The notes: a model not told the origin generated them from the letters alone. Counted from the first letter of the stretch, positions 46,886 to 57,237 are shown. The stretch: DNA of 64,000 bases from Oscillospiraceae bacterium (GCA_029005335.1 JAQXFT010000022.1:21438-85437), one strand, 5' to 3'. A program made the numbers and translations.

Positions 46886-47914
46886 TTAGAGCTGGTCAGC
46901 AATATTGTATATAAGCTGTTCGGATTTTTCCCAGCCAAGGCAAGGGTCGGTAATGGATTTGCCGTAAATACCTTCTTCTATTTTCTGACAGCCGTCCTCA
47001 ATATAGCTTTCAATCATCAGACCCTTGACAAATTTTCTTATATCATCTGAATGACGCATACTGTGCAGAACCTCATTGCTGATTCTGATTTGCTCGAGGT
47101 ATTTTTTTCCGGAATTGGAGTGGTTTGTATCTATTATTACAGCCATATTTTTCAGATTTTTCTGTGAATAGAGTTCAAACAGGAGCATAAGGTCTTCATA
47201 GTGGTAGTTGGAGATATTCTGACCGTGCTTGTTTGTAGCACCTCTCAGGATAGCGTGAGCATAGGGATTGCCGTCAGTAAGGACTTCCCAGCCGCCGTAA
47301 AGGAATGTATGATGAGCCTGAGCAGCCTTTATAGAGTTAAGCATAACAGACAAATCGCCGGAAGTAGGATTCTTCATACCTGCCGGAACGTCCATTCCGC
47401 TTGCAGTAAGTCTGTGCTGCTGGTCTTCGACTGACCTTGCACCTACTGCTACATATGAGAGCAAATCGGATACATATCTGTAATTTTCCGGATAGAGCAT
47501 TTCATCGGCACACGTTAATTTAGTTTCGGAAATTGCCTTCATATGGAGCTGTCTTACCTTGATAACGCCCTGAAGCATATCTTCATTTTTAGTAGGGTCG
47601 GGCTGATGAACCATACCCTTATATCCTTCGCCGGTAGTTCTGGGTTTATTTGTATAGATTCGGGGAATAATAAGGATTTTATCCTTAACCTTTTCCTGAA
47701 CCTCAGCCAGACGGTGGACATAATCCATAACGGAATCGTCCTTATCGGCTGAGCATGGACCTATTATAAGCAGAAATTTGTCAGATTCACCGGTAAAAAC
47801 CTTTTTTATTTCCTCATCACGGGCAGATTTTATATTTTTAATTTCCTCTGAAACGGGGTAAAGCTCCTTGATTATCTGCGGTTCAGGGAGCTGTCTGTTG
47901 AATGTCATTCCCAT
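46886..47914 (-). CDS. aroF: DAHP synthase, class I alpha
   Basis: IIGPCSA, RIYTNKPRTT, AVGARS, GMKNPTSG, DTNHSNS, SITDPCLGW. Confidence 0.92.
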   Translation of the reverse strand: MGMTFNRQLPEPQIIKELYPVSEEIKNIKSARDEEIKKVFTGESDKFLLIIGPCSADKDDSVMDYVHRLAEVQEKVKDKILIIPRIYTNKPRTTGEGYKGMVHQPDPTKNEDMLQGVIKVRQLHMKAISETKLTCADEMLYPENYRYVSDLLSYVAVGARSVEDQQHRLTASGMDVPAGMKNPTSGDLSVMLNSIKAAQAHHTFLYGGWEVLTDGNPYAHAILRGATNKHGQNISNYHYEDLMLLFELYSQKNLKNMAVIIDTNHSNSGKKYLEQIRISNEVLHSMRHSDDIRKFVKGLMIESYIEDGCQKIEEGIYGKSITDPCLGWEKSEQLIYNIADQL

Positions 47915-47948
47915 ATAAAAAAAACTCCTTTAATTACATTTACATTTT

Positions 47949-47977
47949 ATTATATCATTATGAAATTATATTGTCAA
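47949..47977 (-). promoter_or_regulatory. Consensus sigma-A promoter of aroF
   Basis: Minus strand TTGACA, 17 nt spacer, TATAAT with TG extension. Confidence 0.8.
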
Positions 47978-48510
47978 GTCTTGTTTTTTTTGAGAGCGGG
48001 TCTGAGTCTTTTTTCATAAAGCTCGTAGAATATGTTGAGGTTGTATTCATAAAGCAGGAATATAAAGTTTACGAAAGCGAGGATTATTGGTATGCCGTAT
48101 TTTCCGAAGCCTTTTATTTCCTCCAGAAAGGCTGTGAGACCCATTATATATGTTGTAAGCATGAAGAATGATATTACACATATATTGAAAACGGTTAGTT
48201 TTATCAGAAATCTTACAGTTTGGGAGGGAATTTTGTCTATAAGAAAGCGTGTTATCGGATAGTGACCAAAGAACATTATGAATAATAAAACGGCTTCCTT
48301 GTCGAAAGTCACTATCATTGAGAGCAGGCTTACGGCGATATATGTCAGAAAAGCCCAGCTGATACTGATTTCTGATACAATAATCATCATAAAAACTCCC
48401 GAAATCATCGGGAGAAGTATTGAAAGGGCAGGAAAAATACCCGTCATAAACATTGTCAGCAGGCAAAGTGCAGAAACTATACCGCCCAGAGCTGTTTTAT
48501 AAGCCTTCAT
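47974..48510 (-). CDS. Hypothetical integral membrane protein
   Basis: Five to six hydrophobic segments, FFGHYP motif; overlaps the SDR stop codon. Confidence 0.75.
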   Translation of the reverse strand: MKAYKTALGGIVSALCLLTMFMTGIFPALSILLPMISGVFMMIIVSEISISWAFLTYIAVSLLSMIVTFDKEAVLLFIMFFGHYPITRFLIDKIPSQTVRFLIKLTVFNICVISFFMLTTYIMGLTAFLEEIKGFGKYGIPIILAFVNFIFLLYEYNLNIFYELYEKRLRPALKKNKT

Positions 48511-49274
48511 TTTCGCACGGACTTTTTATTCTGAATGTGAAAAACTACCGGAGCTACAATTTTTTCCGGAAAAATTTTTGAAAGTGCAACGCCGATTTTC
48601 ATGGTGAAAGTTGGAATTATAACGGTTTTATTGCTGAAAGCCTTTTCAAGGGCATATTCAGCCATATATTCAGCGGATTTGGGTTTTATGCTGAAACTGA
48701 CTCCGGCACGTTCATTGAATTTTGTATCAATAGGGCCGGGACAGAATACACTTATTTTTACATTAGTTTTAAGGTGTTTAAGCTCCTCAGCGATTGCGAG
48801 TGAAAGTCTTACAACATAGTTTTTTGAGGCATAATATCCTGAAAGCTTAGGACCCGTCATAAATCCGGCACCCGAAGCTATATTTATTATTCTTCCCCTG
48901 TTATGTCTGAGAAAATCACGCAGAAAGAGCTTTGTCAGTATATGAAGTGAGGTTATATTGACGTTAATCATATCAAGCTCTGATTTCAGGGACGTTTCCC
49001 CGAAATAACCGAAAACTCCGAATCCGGCATTATTTATCAGCAAATCGATACTGTGCTTTCTGCATACCTTGTAAAGCTTATATGCATTCTGTGGCTTTGA
49101 GAGGTCGCAGGTGACTGTATATACATTAGTTTTAAGGCTTTTCTGAAGCTCTTTAAGAGCTTCTGAATTTCTTCCGGTCAGAATAAGCTCCCAGCCCTTT
49201 TTGCTAAGGATTTCAGCCATAGCTTTTCCAAGACCGGAGGTAGCTCCGGTAATCAGTGCTTTCATTTTCAACAC
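48507..49274 (-). CDS. Short-chain dehydrogenase/reductase
   Basis: ITGATSGLG, INNAGFG, NIASGAG, YYASK, CPGPIDT. Confidence 0.92.
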   Translation of the reverse strand: MLKMKALITGATSGLGKAMAEILSKKGWELILTGRNSEALKELQKSLKTNVYTVTCDLSKPQNAYKLYKVCRKHSIDLLINNAGFGVFGYFGETSLKSELDMINVNITSLHILTKLFLRDFLRHNRGRIINIASGAGFMTGPKLSGYYASKNYVVRLSLAIAEELKHLKTNVKISVFCPGPIDTKFNERAGVSFSIKPKSAEYMAEYALEKAFSNKTVIIPTFTMKIGVALSKIFPEKIVAPVVFHIQNKKSVRK

Positions 49275-49289
49275 TCCCTTATTTTGGAT

Positions 49290-50393
49290 TTATTTAAAAT
49301 ACATAAAAAGCTGACATTTAATCATTCCATTATAGAGCTTACGGCGTTTGTCAGCTTTTCGGGCGAAAAATTTTTCAAATTCCTCTGATGGTGATATGAT
49401 AAATGCCGGTTTGCCTATAGTCTTTCCCATAAGCTTGTATATTTCCTCAGCCTGACGTATTTCGAGCATTCTTTCTCCGTAGGGCGGGTTGCATATTACA
49501 ACTGAATTTTCCGGCTGACGGAAATTTCTTATATCAGCCTGTTCAACGGATATGCGTGATTTTACGCCGGCCTTTTTAGCGTTGTCGATAGTGAGGGCAA
49601 CGGCAGAATCGTCGATATCAGAGCCTATCGCATGAAATTCTGCATCTTTATTTACATTTGCAATAGCTCTCCGGCGTTCCTCACTCCAGATATTCTGAGG
49701 GATAGAAGCCCATTTTTCAGCGGCAAAGCGTCTGTTTATTCCGGGGGCGATATTCATGGCTTTAAGAGCGGATTCTATTAATATAGTACCGCTTCCGCAG
49801 AAAGGGTCGCATACGACAGTATCAGGTCTTACACGTGCAAGGTCGATTATGCCGGCAGCGAGAGTTTCCTTTATCGGGGCGAGATTGGAATTTTTTCTGT
49901 AGCCTCTTTTATGAAGTCCGACGCCACTTGTATCGAGGTATATATTGACCTTGTCCTTTAGTATGCTGAACTGTATCTGGACAGGCGGTTCGGATTCGTC
50001 AAACCAGCTTGTATTGTATTTTGATTTAAGTCTGTCAACGCAGGCTTTTTTAACTATTGACTGACAATCCGGAACGCTGTGGAGGGTTGAGTTAAGGGAA
50101 TATCCTTTTACGGGAAAAGCATTTTTTTCACCTATAAAATCTTCAAACGGAATATTTTTCACACCCTGATATAATTCCTCAAAGCTGAAAGCATTAAATT
50201 CTGCAAGCTCTATGAGAACTCTTTCAGCCGTTGAGAGACAGAGATTTGCACGGGCAAGAATATTCAAATCACCATAAAAGGATATTTTGCCGTCGGAGAC
50301 ACTGAGATTAGTGCCTCCGATTTTATTTATTTCATATTTCAGAACGCTTTCCAGTCCGAAGTGACATGGACAGCAAAATTTAAGATTATTCAA
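49290..50393 (-). CDS. THUMP-domain SAM-dependent rRNA methyltransferase (RlmL/YpsC-like)
   Basis: CHFGLE, DTSGVGLHKRGYR, APIKETLAA, DPFCGSGT, CNPPYGER; true start TTG 50393 after AGGAGG (the ORF-track extension is the PBP repeat read in another frame). Confidence 0.9.
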   Translation of the reverse strand: MNNLKFCCPCHFGLESVLKYEINKIGGTNLSVSDGKISFYGDLNILARANLCLSTAERVLIELAEFNAFSFEELYQGVKNIPFEDFIGEKNAFPVKGYSLNSTLHSVPDCQSIVKKACVDRLKSKYNTSWFDESEPPVQIQFSILKDKVNIYLDTSGVGLHKRGYRKNSNLAPIKETLAAGIIDLARVRPDTVVCDPFCGSGTILIESALKAMNIAPGINRRFAAEKWASIPQNIWSEERRRAIANVNKDAEFHAIGSDIDDSAVALTIDNAKKAGVKSRISVEQADIRNFRQPENSVVICNPPYGERMLEIRQAEEIYKLMGKTIGKPAFIISPSEEFEKFFARKADKRRKLYNGMIKCQLFMYFK

Positions 50394-50406
50394 AGAATAT
50401 ATCCTC

Positions 50407-53043
50407 CTATTCTTCTGCAACCGGTTCATCGGCAGGAATATCAGCCGGCGGAGGTTCAACAGCCGGAGCGTCAGTAGGTTCATCGGCAGGAATATCAGCC
50501 GGCGGAGGTTCGACAGCCGGAGCGTCAGTAGGTTCAACGACCGGAATATCAGTAGGTTCAACAACAGGTGCATCAGTCTCTGCTATTGTAGACGGGGTAT
50601 CCTCCCAGTCTGATGGAGCTGTAGTTGTATAGCTTTCATATGATGATGTAGTCGGAGCTGATGTATATGAGTAATTGTAGTTGTAATTATTATCATCATC
50701 ATAACTACTGCTATTACTACTGCTACTACTGCTACTACTGCTGCTGCCGCTGCTGTAGCTTGTATCGCTATATGAAGGAGAGGAATATGAATCACAATAA
50801 GGTGCATTTGAGCTTTTCCAGTATCCTATAACGCCATGAGGACAGCCTGAACCTGCTATTTTGCCCGTATTACTGCACATATAGGCTTCAATTACATCTT
50901 CATTGGGAGTAAACTCCGTATTTTTAACGTGTTCGGGGTCAGAAACCCAGTCATAAACTATATTTCGCCATATGTCTGCTGCATGGAGTGAAAGCGGAAG
51001 GCTTGCATCACCGATAAGCTTGTCATAGCCTATCCATACACCGCTTACGAAATCGGGCATAAGTCCGACGAATGTTGAGTCGTACCAGTCATTTGTAGTA
51101 CCTGTTTTACCGCATACTTCAATACCGCTTATTCTTGCACCAGTACCAGTACCATTTTCAACGACATTTTTAAGAAGTCTGTTCATAACCCATGCAGTCT
51201 CAGGGTCAACGCCTTCATGCGGGTCGCCGTCGATTTCGAGAAAATCATGGTTAGCCTGAGTAACCTTGCTTATAATGTGTGCTTCGTATTCAGTACCGTC
51301 GTTTCCGTATGGGATATAGGCATTTACAAGATTCTGTATGGATATACCCCATGTCAACGCACCTACTGAAAGCGGAGCATATGCTTTATCCTCGGGGTCA
51401 AGCTTCATATTCAGATTTTCAGTGCAGAATTTGAATACGGCATCTACACCCAAATCCTGACAGAGCTTTGCAGGAACTGTATTATATGATTTCTGAAGTG
51501 CATAGTAAACCGGAATGCTTGCACCTGATATACTGAGAAGACCGTCTGTGGAATAGTTGGTAGGCCATGGAGTGCCGTCGATTTCGATATATGTTGTATC
51601 ACGGTAATATGAACCCCAGTGAATCATATCTGTATAGAGGGCAAGACCATATGTTGAAACAGGCTTCATGGTAGAACCTACCTGACGTGTCTGGTCAACA
51701 GCGTAGTTCCATGTAAGGGCTTTTTCCTTTTTGCCTATTCCTGCACCCATTCCAAGCACTTCGCCCTTATAGTTGAGGGCAGCAAATCCGACCTGCGGGG
51801 TATCCTCTTCATATTCTCCGTCACCGTCGAGGTCAACGTATCTTATTACGGAGCTTCTGTTCATAAGGTTGTTGAGGTCAAGGAATTTTTCATCGAGATA
51901 ATCCTGAAATTCCATATCGGCAGTTGTATAAATCTGATAGCCTCCGGTGTTGAAGCGTCTGAGAGCCTCATTGTAGTCAATATTATACATCTCCTGAATT
52001 ATGCCGCAGAATTCATTAATAGCGGCATCAACAATCCATGAGGGCTTTTCGTCTTCCTCATCTTCTTTGATTTCGAGATTTTCGGGGTGCAGTTTTTTGT
52101 ATTCCTCTGAATCTGTATAAATCAGTTTTTCGTCGAGATATTTCTGATATTCATCATAGGTCAAAGCACCGTTTTTATACATCTGCCAGAGAACATATTG
52201 CTGTCTTTCCTTGTTATTGATTTTACCGTCGAGAATTTCTCCGGTTTCTTCATTTACTTCATAGACATAAGGTCCGAAATAGTTAGGACTTTTAGGAATT
52301 GCGGCAAGCGTAGCGGCTTCTGCTACGGATAAATCCTTTACATCTTTTCCGAAATATTGTACAGACGCAAGCTGAATACCGTTTATAGGGCCTCCGAAGC
52401 CGATATAATTGAGGTATGTTTCAAGGATTTCGTCCTTGGAATATTTTTTCTCCAGTTGCATGGCTCTGAAAATTTCTCTGATTTTTCGCTGAGGGGAGGT
52501 TTCGTTATCGCCGGTAAGATTTTTAATAAGCTGTTGTGTTATGGTAGAACCACCCTGTTCGGTATTGTAGATATGGATAAACATATTCAGGAATGCCGTG
52601 AAGGTACGCTTGTAGTCAACACCGTCATGAGTATAGAAACGTTCATCTTCCGTATACACAAAAGCATCTCTTACGTGCTGGGGTATCTCGTCGATAGTAA
52701 TGGGGATACGCTGTAAATCGTTGCTGACCTTGTGAAGCTCAACGAGTTCGCCTTCACTATCCGTACCGTATACATAACTGTTACAGCTCATTTCCATTTC
52801 CTGAATGGTAATTCCCGTAGTTTCGTCCATAAAATCGAGTACATAGACAGTAAGGGCAGTAGCGACGATAGTGCCTGTTATGACCATAACCAGAAACAGA
52901 GACAAAAGAGTAGTCATAATAACGGCAAAGAGCTTCTGGATTACAAGCAGAAATTTATTTTTTTTCTTTTTCCTGTGTTTTTTCTTCGGAGCAGTGGATT
53001 CCTCCACAGCCGGAGACAGATTTTTATCGTTCATTTTGTTCAT
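50407..53043 (-). CDS. Class A penicillin-binding protein (PBP1A)
   Basis: TM anchor; EDERFYTHDG, GGSTITQQLIKN, RKIREI; SxxK (STMK), SYN, KTGTT; Ser/Pro-rich tail. Confidence 0.93.
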   Translation of the reverse strand: MNKMNDKNLSPAVEESTAPKKKHRKKKKNKFLLVIQKLFAVIMTTLLSLFLVMVITGTIVATALTVYVLDFMDETTGITIQEMEMSCNSYVYGTDSEGELVELHKVSNDLQRIPITIDEIPQHVRDAFVYTEDERFYTHDGVDYKRTFTAFLNMFIHIYNTEQGGSTITQQLIKNLTGDNETSPQRKIREIFRAMQLEKKYSKDEILETYLNYIGFGGPINGIQLASVQYFGKDVKDLSVAEAATLAAIPKSPNYFGPYVYEVNEETGEILDGKINNKERQQYVLWQMYKNGALTYDEYQKYLDEKLIYTDSEEYKKLHPENLEIKEDEEDEKPSWIVDAAINEFCGIIQEMYNIDYNEALRRFNTGGYQIYTTADMEFQDYLDEKFLDLNNLMNRSSVIRYVDLDGDGEYEEDTPQVGFAALNYKGEVLGMGAGIGKKEKALTWNYAVDQTRQVGSTMKPVSTYGLALYTDMIHWGSYYRDTTYIEIDGTPWPTNYSTDGLLSISGASIPVYYALQKSYNTVPAKLCQDLGVDAVFKFCTENLNMKLDPEDKAYAPLSVGALTWGISIQNLVNAYIPYGNDGTEYEAHIISKVTQANHDFLEIDGDPHEGVDPETAWVMNRLLKNVVENGTGTGARISGIEVCGKTGTTNDWYDSTFVGLMPDFVSGVWIGYDKLIGDASLPLSLHAADIWRNIVYDWVSDPEHVKNTEFTPNEDVIEAYMCSNTGKIAGSGCPHGVIGYWKSSNAPYCDSYSSPSYSDTSYSSGSSSSSSSSSSNSSSYDDDNNYNYNYSYTSAPTTSSYESYTTTAPSDWEDTPSTIAETDAPVVEPTDIPVVEPTDAPAVEPPPADIPADEPTDAPAVEPPPADIPADEPVAEE
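50423..50562 (-). repeat. 54-bp in-frame tandem repeat in the PBP1A tail
   Basis: Units at 50423-50476 and 50477-50530 (TDAPAVEPPPADIPADEP), plus partial copies. Confidence 0.9.
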
Positions 53044-53121
53044 CACCTTTTTCTGAATTATAATGATATTTATTATTATATCACAAAAAAAACTCAATGT
53101 TAAGTAGTTTTTGAAAAAAAT

Positions 53122-53150
53122 GTATAAAATATCAAAATCCGCCAATAATG
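53122..53150 (+). promoter_or_regulatory. sigma-F/sigma-G-type promoter of the bofC-like gene
   Basis: GTATA, 14 nt spacer, GCCAATAATG. Confidence 0.55.
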
Positions 53151-53194
53151 AGAGTAAGGATTTGTATAACCGTATAAGAGGGAGGGTATATTAT

Positions 53195-53527
53195 ATGGTA
53201 ATTGACAGAAAAATATTTTTTACGCTTTTAACTTCCGCAACGTTTTCCGGCGTGCTTGTAATCTGTACGCTTGCACAGAATATACGCAATGAAAAGATAT
53301 CAGCAAGGACTACGAATGAACCGGTTGCACTTGAGTCGGTCGGATATATTTTAAGGGAATATGAAAACAACCTCGCCATATTCAGGGGCGAAAGCGAAAG
53401 CCCGTATAAAATAATAAGAGTGAATCTGAATCTGCTTTCGGATTATGACCGTGAAATGCTTTGTGAGGGAATAGAAGCAGATTCCGAAAGCGAGATAAAC
53501 CGGATTATTGAGGATTTGACTTCTTAG
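53195..53527 (+). CDS. BofC C-terminal-domain protein
   Basis: N-terminal TM; YILREYENNLAIF..DREMLCEGI..INRIIEDLTS; GGAGG before ATG 53195. Confidence 0.65.
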   Translation: MVIDRKIFFTLLTSATFSGVLVICTLAQNIRNEKISARTTNEPVALESVGYILREYENNLAIFRGESESPYKIIRVNLNLLSDYDREMLCEGIEADSESEINRIIEDLTS

Positions 53528-54092
53528 GGGATTTCTTCTTACGCACTGAAAAGCCGAAGTCACCCAGCTTTCTTCCGAGGGAAAAATATTCTCCGTGAGC
53601 ATAAGCCATAAGTCCGCACTGTTGTAAATTAAGTTTACCCTTGCTGTCGATATATTTTTCATCTATATTGATTCCGGTAATTTCAGCGAGGAACATTGTA
53701 TGCGTTCCGAGGTGCTTTGAATCCGTTATTTTACATTCGAGATTTACCGGACATTCCTCTATGCACGGAGCGGATACTGTACGGGACGGGGCGGTATGGA
53801 ATCCGCATTTTTTGAATTTATCCGTATTCTTACCGCTTTTTACTCCGCAGAAATCAGTCTGACGGCACATTGCAGAGGTAGTAAGGTTTATAACAAATTC
53901 TCCTGAATCTTTAATTATATTGTATGAATATCTTTCAGGTCTTACTGAAATATATGTCATGGGCGGGTGAGTATTTATAATACCTGTCCAGCCTATGGTT
54001 AAGACGTTCGGGTTATCGACAGTACCGCAGGATACGAGTACAGCAGGAACGGGAGAAAGAATAGTGCTTCCTTTCCAGAATACTTTTGACAT
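53505..54092 (-). CDS. Flavin reductase-like FMN-binding protein
   Basis: PVPAVLVSCG, SVRPERYS, EFVINL, IEECPVNLEC, GTHTMFLAEI. Confidence 0.88.
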   Translation of the reverse strand: MSKVFWKGSTILSPVPAVLVSCGTVDNPNVLTIGWTGIINTHPPMTYISVRPERYSYNIIKDSGEFVINLTTSAMCRQTDFCGVKSGKNTDKFKKCGFHTAPSRTVSAPCIEECPVNLECKITDSKHLGTHTMFLAEITGINIDEKYIDSKGKLNLQQCGLMAYAHGEYFSLGRKLGDFGFSVRKKKSPKKSNPQ

Positions 54093-54261
54093 GGCTATAA
54101 AAAATCCTTTCTGAAAATAAAAAAATTGTTAGTCAGGGGGAGCGGAATATCCAAAGTATATTATATCATGGCGATTAAAAAATTTCAATATATCAGCGAC
54201 GGATTTCGATATTTTTTTTTCCGGCAATAATATATAATAATTCTGAAAGGAGGATAAGAGA

Positions 54262-54579
54262 ATGAATGTTGATATAAAATCTGAAAACGGCTATGCCGTA
54301 GCACTTCTGAGCGGTGAAATTGACCACCATAATGCAAAGGAAATCCGTGAAAAGCTTGACCGCTTTATAATTGCCAACCAGCCTAAGGAGCTTGCAATAG
54401 ATTTTGCAGACATATCCTTTATGGACAGCTCCGGAGTGGGGCTTATAATGGGGCGTTATAAGCTTATCAGTGAATGCGGAGGCAGGCTTGTTGTAAAAAA
54501 TCCCCGTCAGTATATAAAGAGAGTTTTTAAAATTTCGGGGATTGAACGTATTGTAAGAATTATAAATGATAAGGTTTAG
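54262..54579 (+). CDS. spoIIAA: Anti-anti-sigma F (STAS domain)
   Basis: GEIDHH, FMDSSGVG phospho-Ser site; operon context. Confidence 0.93.
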   Translation: MNVDIKSENGYAVALLSGEIDHHNAKEIREKLDRFIIANQPKELAIDFADISFMDSSGVGLIMGRYKLISECGGRLVVKNPRQYIKRVFKISGIERIVRIINDKV

Positions 54580-54588
54580 GAGGAGAAA

Positions 54589-55023
54589 ATGGAAGTCATA
54601 AACGAGGTTAAATTCACAATGCCATCTCTTTCCGTGAATGAAAGTATTGCAAGGGCAGTGGTATCATCATTTCTGATTCAGACTGACCCGTCAGTTGATG
54701 AGCTTTCCGAGATTCGCACTGTTGTATCGGAAGCTGTAACGAATGCAATTGTTCACGGATACAGAAATTCGACAGGTGTTATTGAAATGACAATCAGACT
54801 GCTTAAAGGCAGGGAGGTATACATAAAAGTTCGTGACAGGGGCTGTGGAATTGAGGATATTGAAAAGGCTATGGAACCGCTTTTTACAACAGCTCCGGAG
54901 GAGGAACGCTCAGGACTGGGATTTTCTGTTATGCAGTCCTTTACTGACAGCCTGAAAGTAAGAAGCAAGTGCGGAAAGGGGACAATTGTTACAATGCGTA
55001 AGAAGCTGAAAAATAATGAATGA
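54589..55023 (+). CDS. spoIIAB: Anti-sigma F kinase
   Basis: NESIARAVV, SEAVTNAIVHGY, DRGCGI, ERSGLGFSVM. Confidence 0.95.
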   Translation: MEVINEVKFTMPSLSVNESIARAVVSSFLIQTDPSVDELSEIRTVVSEAVTNAIVHGYRNSTGVIEMTIRLLKGREVYIKVRDRGCGIEDIEKAMEPLFTTAPEEERSGLGFSVMQSFTDSLKVRSKCGKGTIVTMRKKLKNNE

Positions 55024-55672
55024 CCAGAAAAAGCCTCTTGCCGAAGAAAATCTCGGTCTTGTACACCTTTGTGCAAATAAATTCAGAGGCAGAGGGATAG
55101 AGTATGAGGAATTGTATTCGGCAGGGTGCATAGGACTGCTTAAAGCCGTAAAGGCATTTGATACGGAAAGGGGAGTAAAATTTTCCACCTATGCCGTACC
55201 GGTTATTCTCGGAGAAATAAAGAGAATATTCCGTGACGGAGGCATAGTAAAGGTAAGCAGAAGCCTTAAGGAATTATCCGTGAGGATTCAGAAAATACGT
55301 GAAGACTTTATAAAATCAAATGGTCGTGAGCCTTTGCTCTCGGAGCTTGCAGAGCTTTCTGATACAGATATTTCGGAGGTATCAGAAGCTCTTTGTGTCA
55401 GTCAGCCTGTAATATCCCTTACAGCAGGAAATGATGAGGAAAATCAGATTGATATTCCCTCGGAAGCCCCTGATTCCGAAATAGTGGATATACTGGCATT
55501 ACGTCAGATAATGTCCCGTATGGACAAAGCTGACAGATTTCTTATTGAACTGCGTTATTTCAAGGGCTTTACACAGTCAAAGACAGCGAAAATTCTGGGA
55601 ATGACTCAGGTGCAGGTATCACGCAGGGAAAGAAAGCTTTTATCAGGTATACGTGAACAGCTTCTTGAATAG
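55016..55672 (+). CDS. sigF: RNA polymerase sigma factor F
   Basis: NLGLV, GLLKAVKAFD, FSTYAVPVILGEIKR, TQVQVSR; third gene of spoIIA. Confidence 0.9.
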   Translation: MNDQKKPLAEENLGLVHLCANKFRGRGIEYEELYSAGCIGLLKAVKAFDTERGVKFSTYAVPVILGEIKRIFRDGGIVKVSRSLKELSVRIQKIREDFIKSNGREPLLSELAELSDTDISEVSEALCVSQPVISLTAGNDEENQIDIPSEAPDSEIVDILALRQIMSRMDKADRFLIELRYFKGFTQSKTAKILGMTQVQVSRRERKLLSGIREQLLE

Positions 55673-55736
55673 ACTGTATACCGGACAAGCCTTTTTATTA
55701 TATTATAATCTTTTGCGGAAAAGTTACAAATTTACA

Positions 55737-55765
55737 TTGATTTATTTTTCAGAATATAGTATAAT
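55737..55765 (+). promoter_or_regulatory. sigma-A promoter of the HD gene
   Basis: TTGATT, 17 nt spacer, TATAAT. Confidence 0.6.
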
Positions 55766-55816
55766 GTATTTGTATAGGCATTATGCCATATAAAAATACT
55801 GAAAGGTTATGATTAA

Positions 55817-56314
55817 ATGCTTAAAGCAATCTGCTCAAAAAAAGACCTCACGCAGACATCTTATTTTGATTATATAAAGGATATCGTTGATTCAAGTGAG
55901 CTTGAAGGTCTCAAGTGTATAACTCATCATATATGTACAACACGTTTTCAGCACTGTGTCAACGTATCATACCATAATTACGTAATATGCAAATTTTTAG
56001 GACTTGATGCAAAATCCGCAGCACGTGCCGGACTTCTTCATGATTTGTTTTATTATGACCGCAAGGAATACAATAAGCATAAAAAATCTTTCTCACACAG
56101 CAGATTCCATTCTCTTGTAGCTCTTGAAAATGCCTCAAAGCTTACAGAAATAAATGATGTTGAGAGAGATATAATTGAAAATCATATGTTTCCCTCAACA
56201 AGACAGCTTCCCAGATATAAGGAATCCTATGTTATAGTTATCGTCGATAAATACTGTGCAATTCTTGAATGTCTTCTGCCAAAAATAAAAAAATACATTT
56301 TTCACAGCAATTAA
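55817..56314 (+). CDS. HD-domain phosphohydrolase
   Basis: RFQHCVNVS, AGLLHDLF, HMFP, VDKYCA. Confidence 0.85.
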   Translation: MLKAICSKKDLTQTSYFDYIKDIVDSSELEGLKCITHHICTTRFQHCVNVSYHNYVICKFLGLDAKSAARAGLLHDLFYYDRKEYNKHKKSFSHSRFHSLVALENASKLTEINDVERDIIENHMFPSTRQLPRYKESYVIVIVDKYCAILECLLPKIKKYIFHSN

Positions 56315-56315
56315 T

Positions 56316-56349
56316 AAAAAAACGGGCGGTTTTTTCCGTCCGTTTTTTA
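56316..56349. terminator. Bidirectional terminator
   Basis: AAAAACGGGCGG-tttttt-CCGTCCGTTTTTT between convergent genes. Confidence 0.75.
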
Positions 56350-57237
56350 TCAGAAAAATATATTTATAGTTCCGAGAATAAGACCTATCAAAGCTCCGAG
56401 ATTTACAACCGCATTGAGTTCCTTTTTCATGATTGACATAAGCAAATCCTCAAGCATAAGTACGTCCATCTGATTTACTTTTTCCTCAACTATTTCTGAA
56501 ATTCTGAAATTCCTGATAAATTCATCTGCGTGCTTTTCGATAAAGCTTATATATATTCTCAGGAATGAATCGGGAAGCTTATCGGCATCAACTCCGGCTT
56601 CAGTCAGAATTTCATAAATTGATTTGTTTTCAAGCTTTCCGGCTTCAGAATCTATAATAGGTGAAATTATATCCCTGCCATTCTGATTTATGTATTCATT
56701 GACTTTTTCGCCCAGTGACATACAGAGAGAATTTATTAATTCATCTTTGATGAACATTGCAAGCATAGTTCCGGCAACCTTTTCCTTTATGGCGTCGCCA
56801 CCCTTTTCAGCAATAATCTGACCGAGATTTGCATTATTGGCAGAAGTCATGATTTTTTCTGTTATGACAGAGCATATATTCTGTCTGATTTCATTGTATT
56901 TTTCAGGGGACATTGTTTTTCCGGCAAAATCCTTCAGAGTAAGTTCGCTTCTGATGAGATTTCCAGCATATGATTTTATGGTGTTCTGCATTGACTCTGA
57001 AAGAAGTACATTTTTAATATCAGTTTCGGTAAGAAGAGTAGTTCCGACTGCTTTCCCGAGAGCCTTTGCAAGTCTTGGTTTACCCTTAGGGATTATTCCG
57101 GGAGTAAAGGGCAGAGTCTTTCCGCCTATTTTTACGGGGTGCAGAGGTCTGAAAAGCATCTTTACTGCTATATAGTTTGTAAAATATCCTATCACTGCAC
57201 CTACAAGAGGCGGTATAATGTATCTGAGCATTTCCAT
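56350..57237 (-). CDS. DUF445 (YheB-like) membrane protein
   Basis: GAVIGYFTNYIAVKMLFRP, PGIIPK, C-terminal ELNAVVNLGALIG. Confidence 0.88.
   Translation of the reverse strand: MEMLRYIIPPLVGAVIGYFTNYIAVKMLFRPLHPVKIGGKTLPFTPGIIPKGKPRLAKALGKAVGTTLLTETDIKNVLLSESMQNTIKSYAGNLIRSELTLKDFAGKTMSPEKYNEIRQNICSVITEKIMTSANNANLGQIIAEKGGDAIKEKVAGTMLAMFIKDELINSLCMSLGEKVNEYINQNGRDIISPIIDSEAGKLENKSIYEILTEAGVDADKLPDSFLRIYISFIEKHADEFIRNFRISEIVEEKVNQMDVLMLEDLLMSIMKKELNAVVNLGALIGLILGTINIFF

Noticed and set aside
50394-50573. N-terminal repeat extension (LLTLRLxNLRRLIFLPMN) of the methyltransferase ORF
   Set aside because: It is the PBP1A 54-bp repeat read in another frame; an AGGAGG-TTG start sits at 50393
54201-54215. 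Spo0A box or sigma-H promoter before spoIIAA (TTCGATA, CGGATTT)
   Set aside because: Mismatched 0A box and no properly spaced GAAT -10; expected biologically but not demonstrable here
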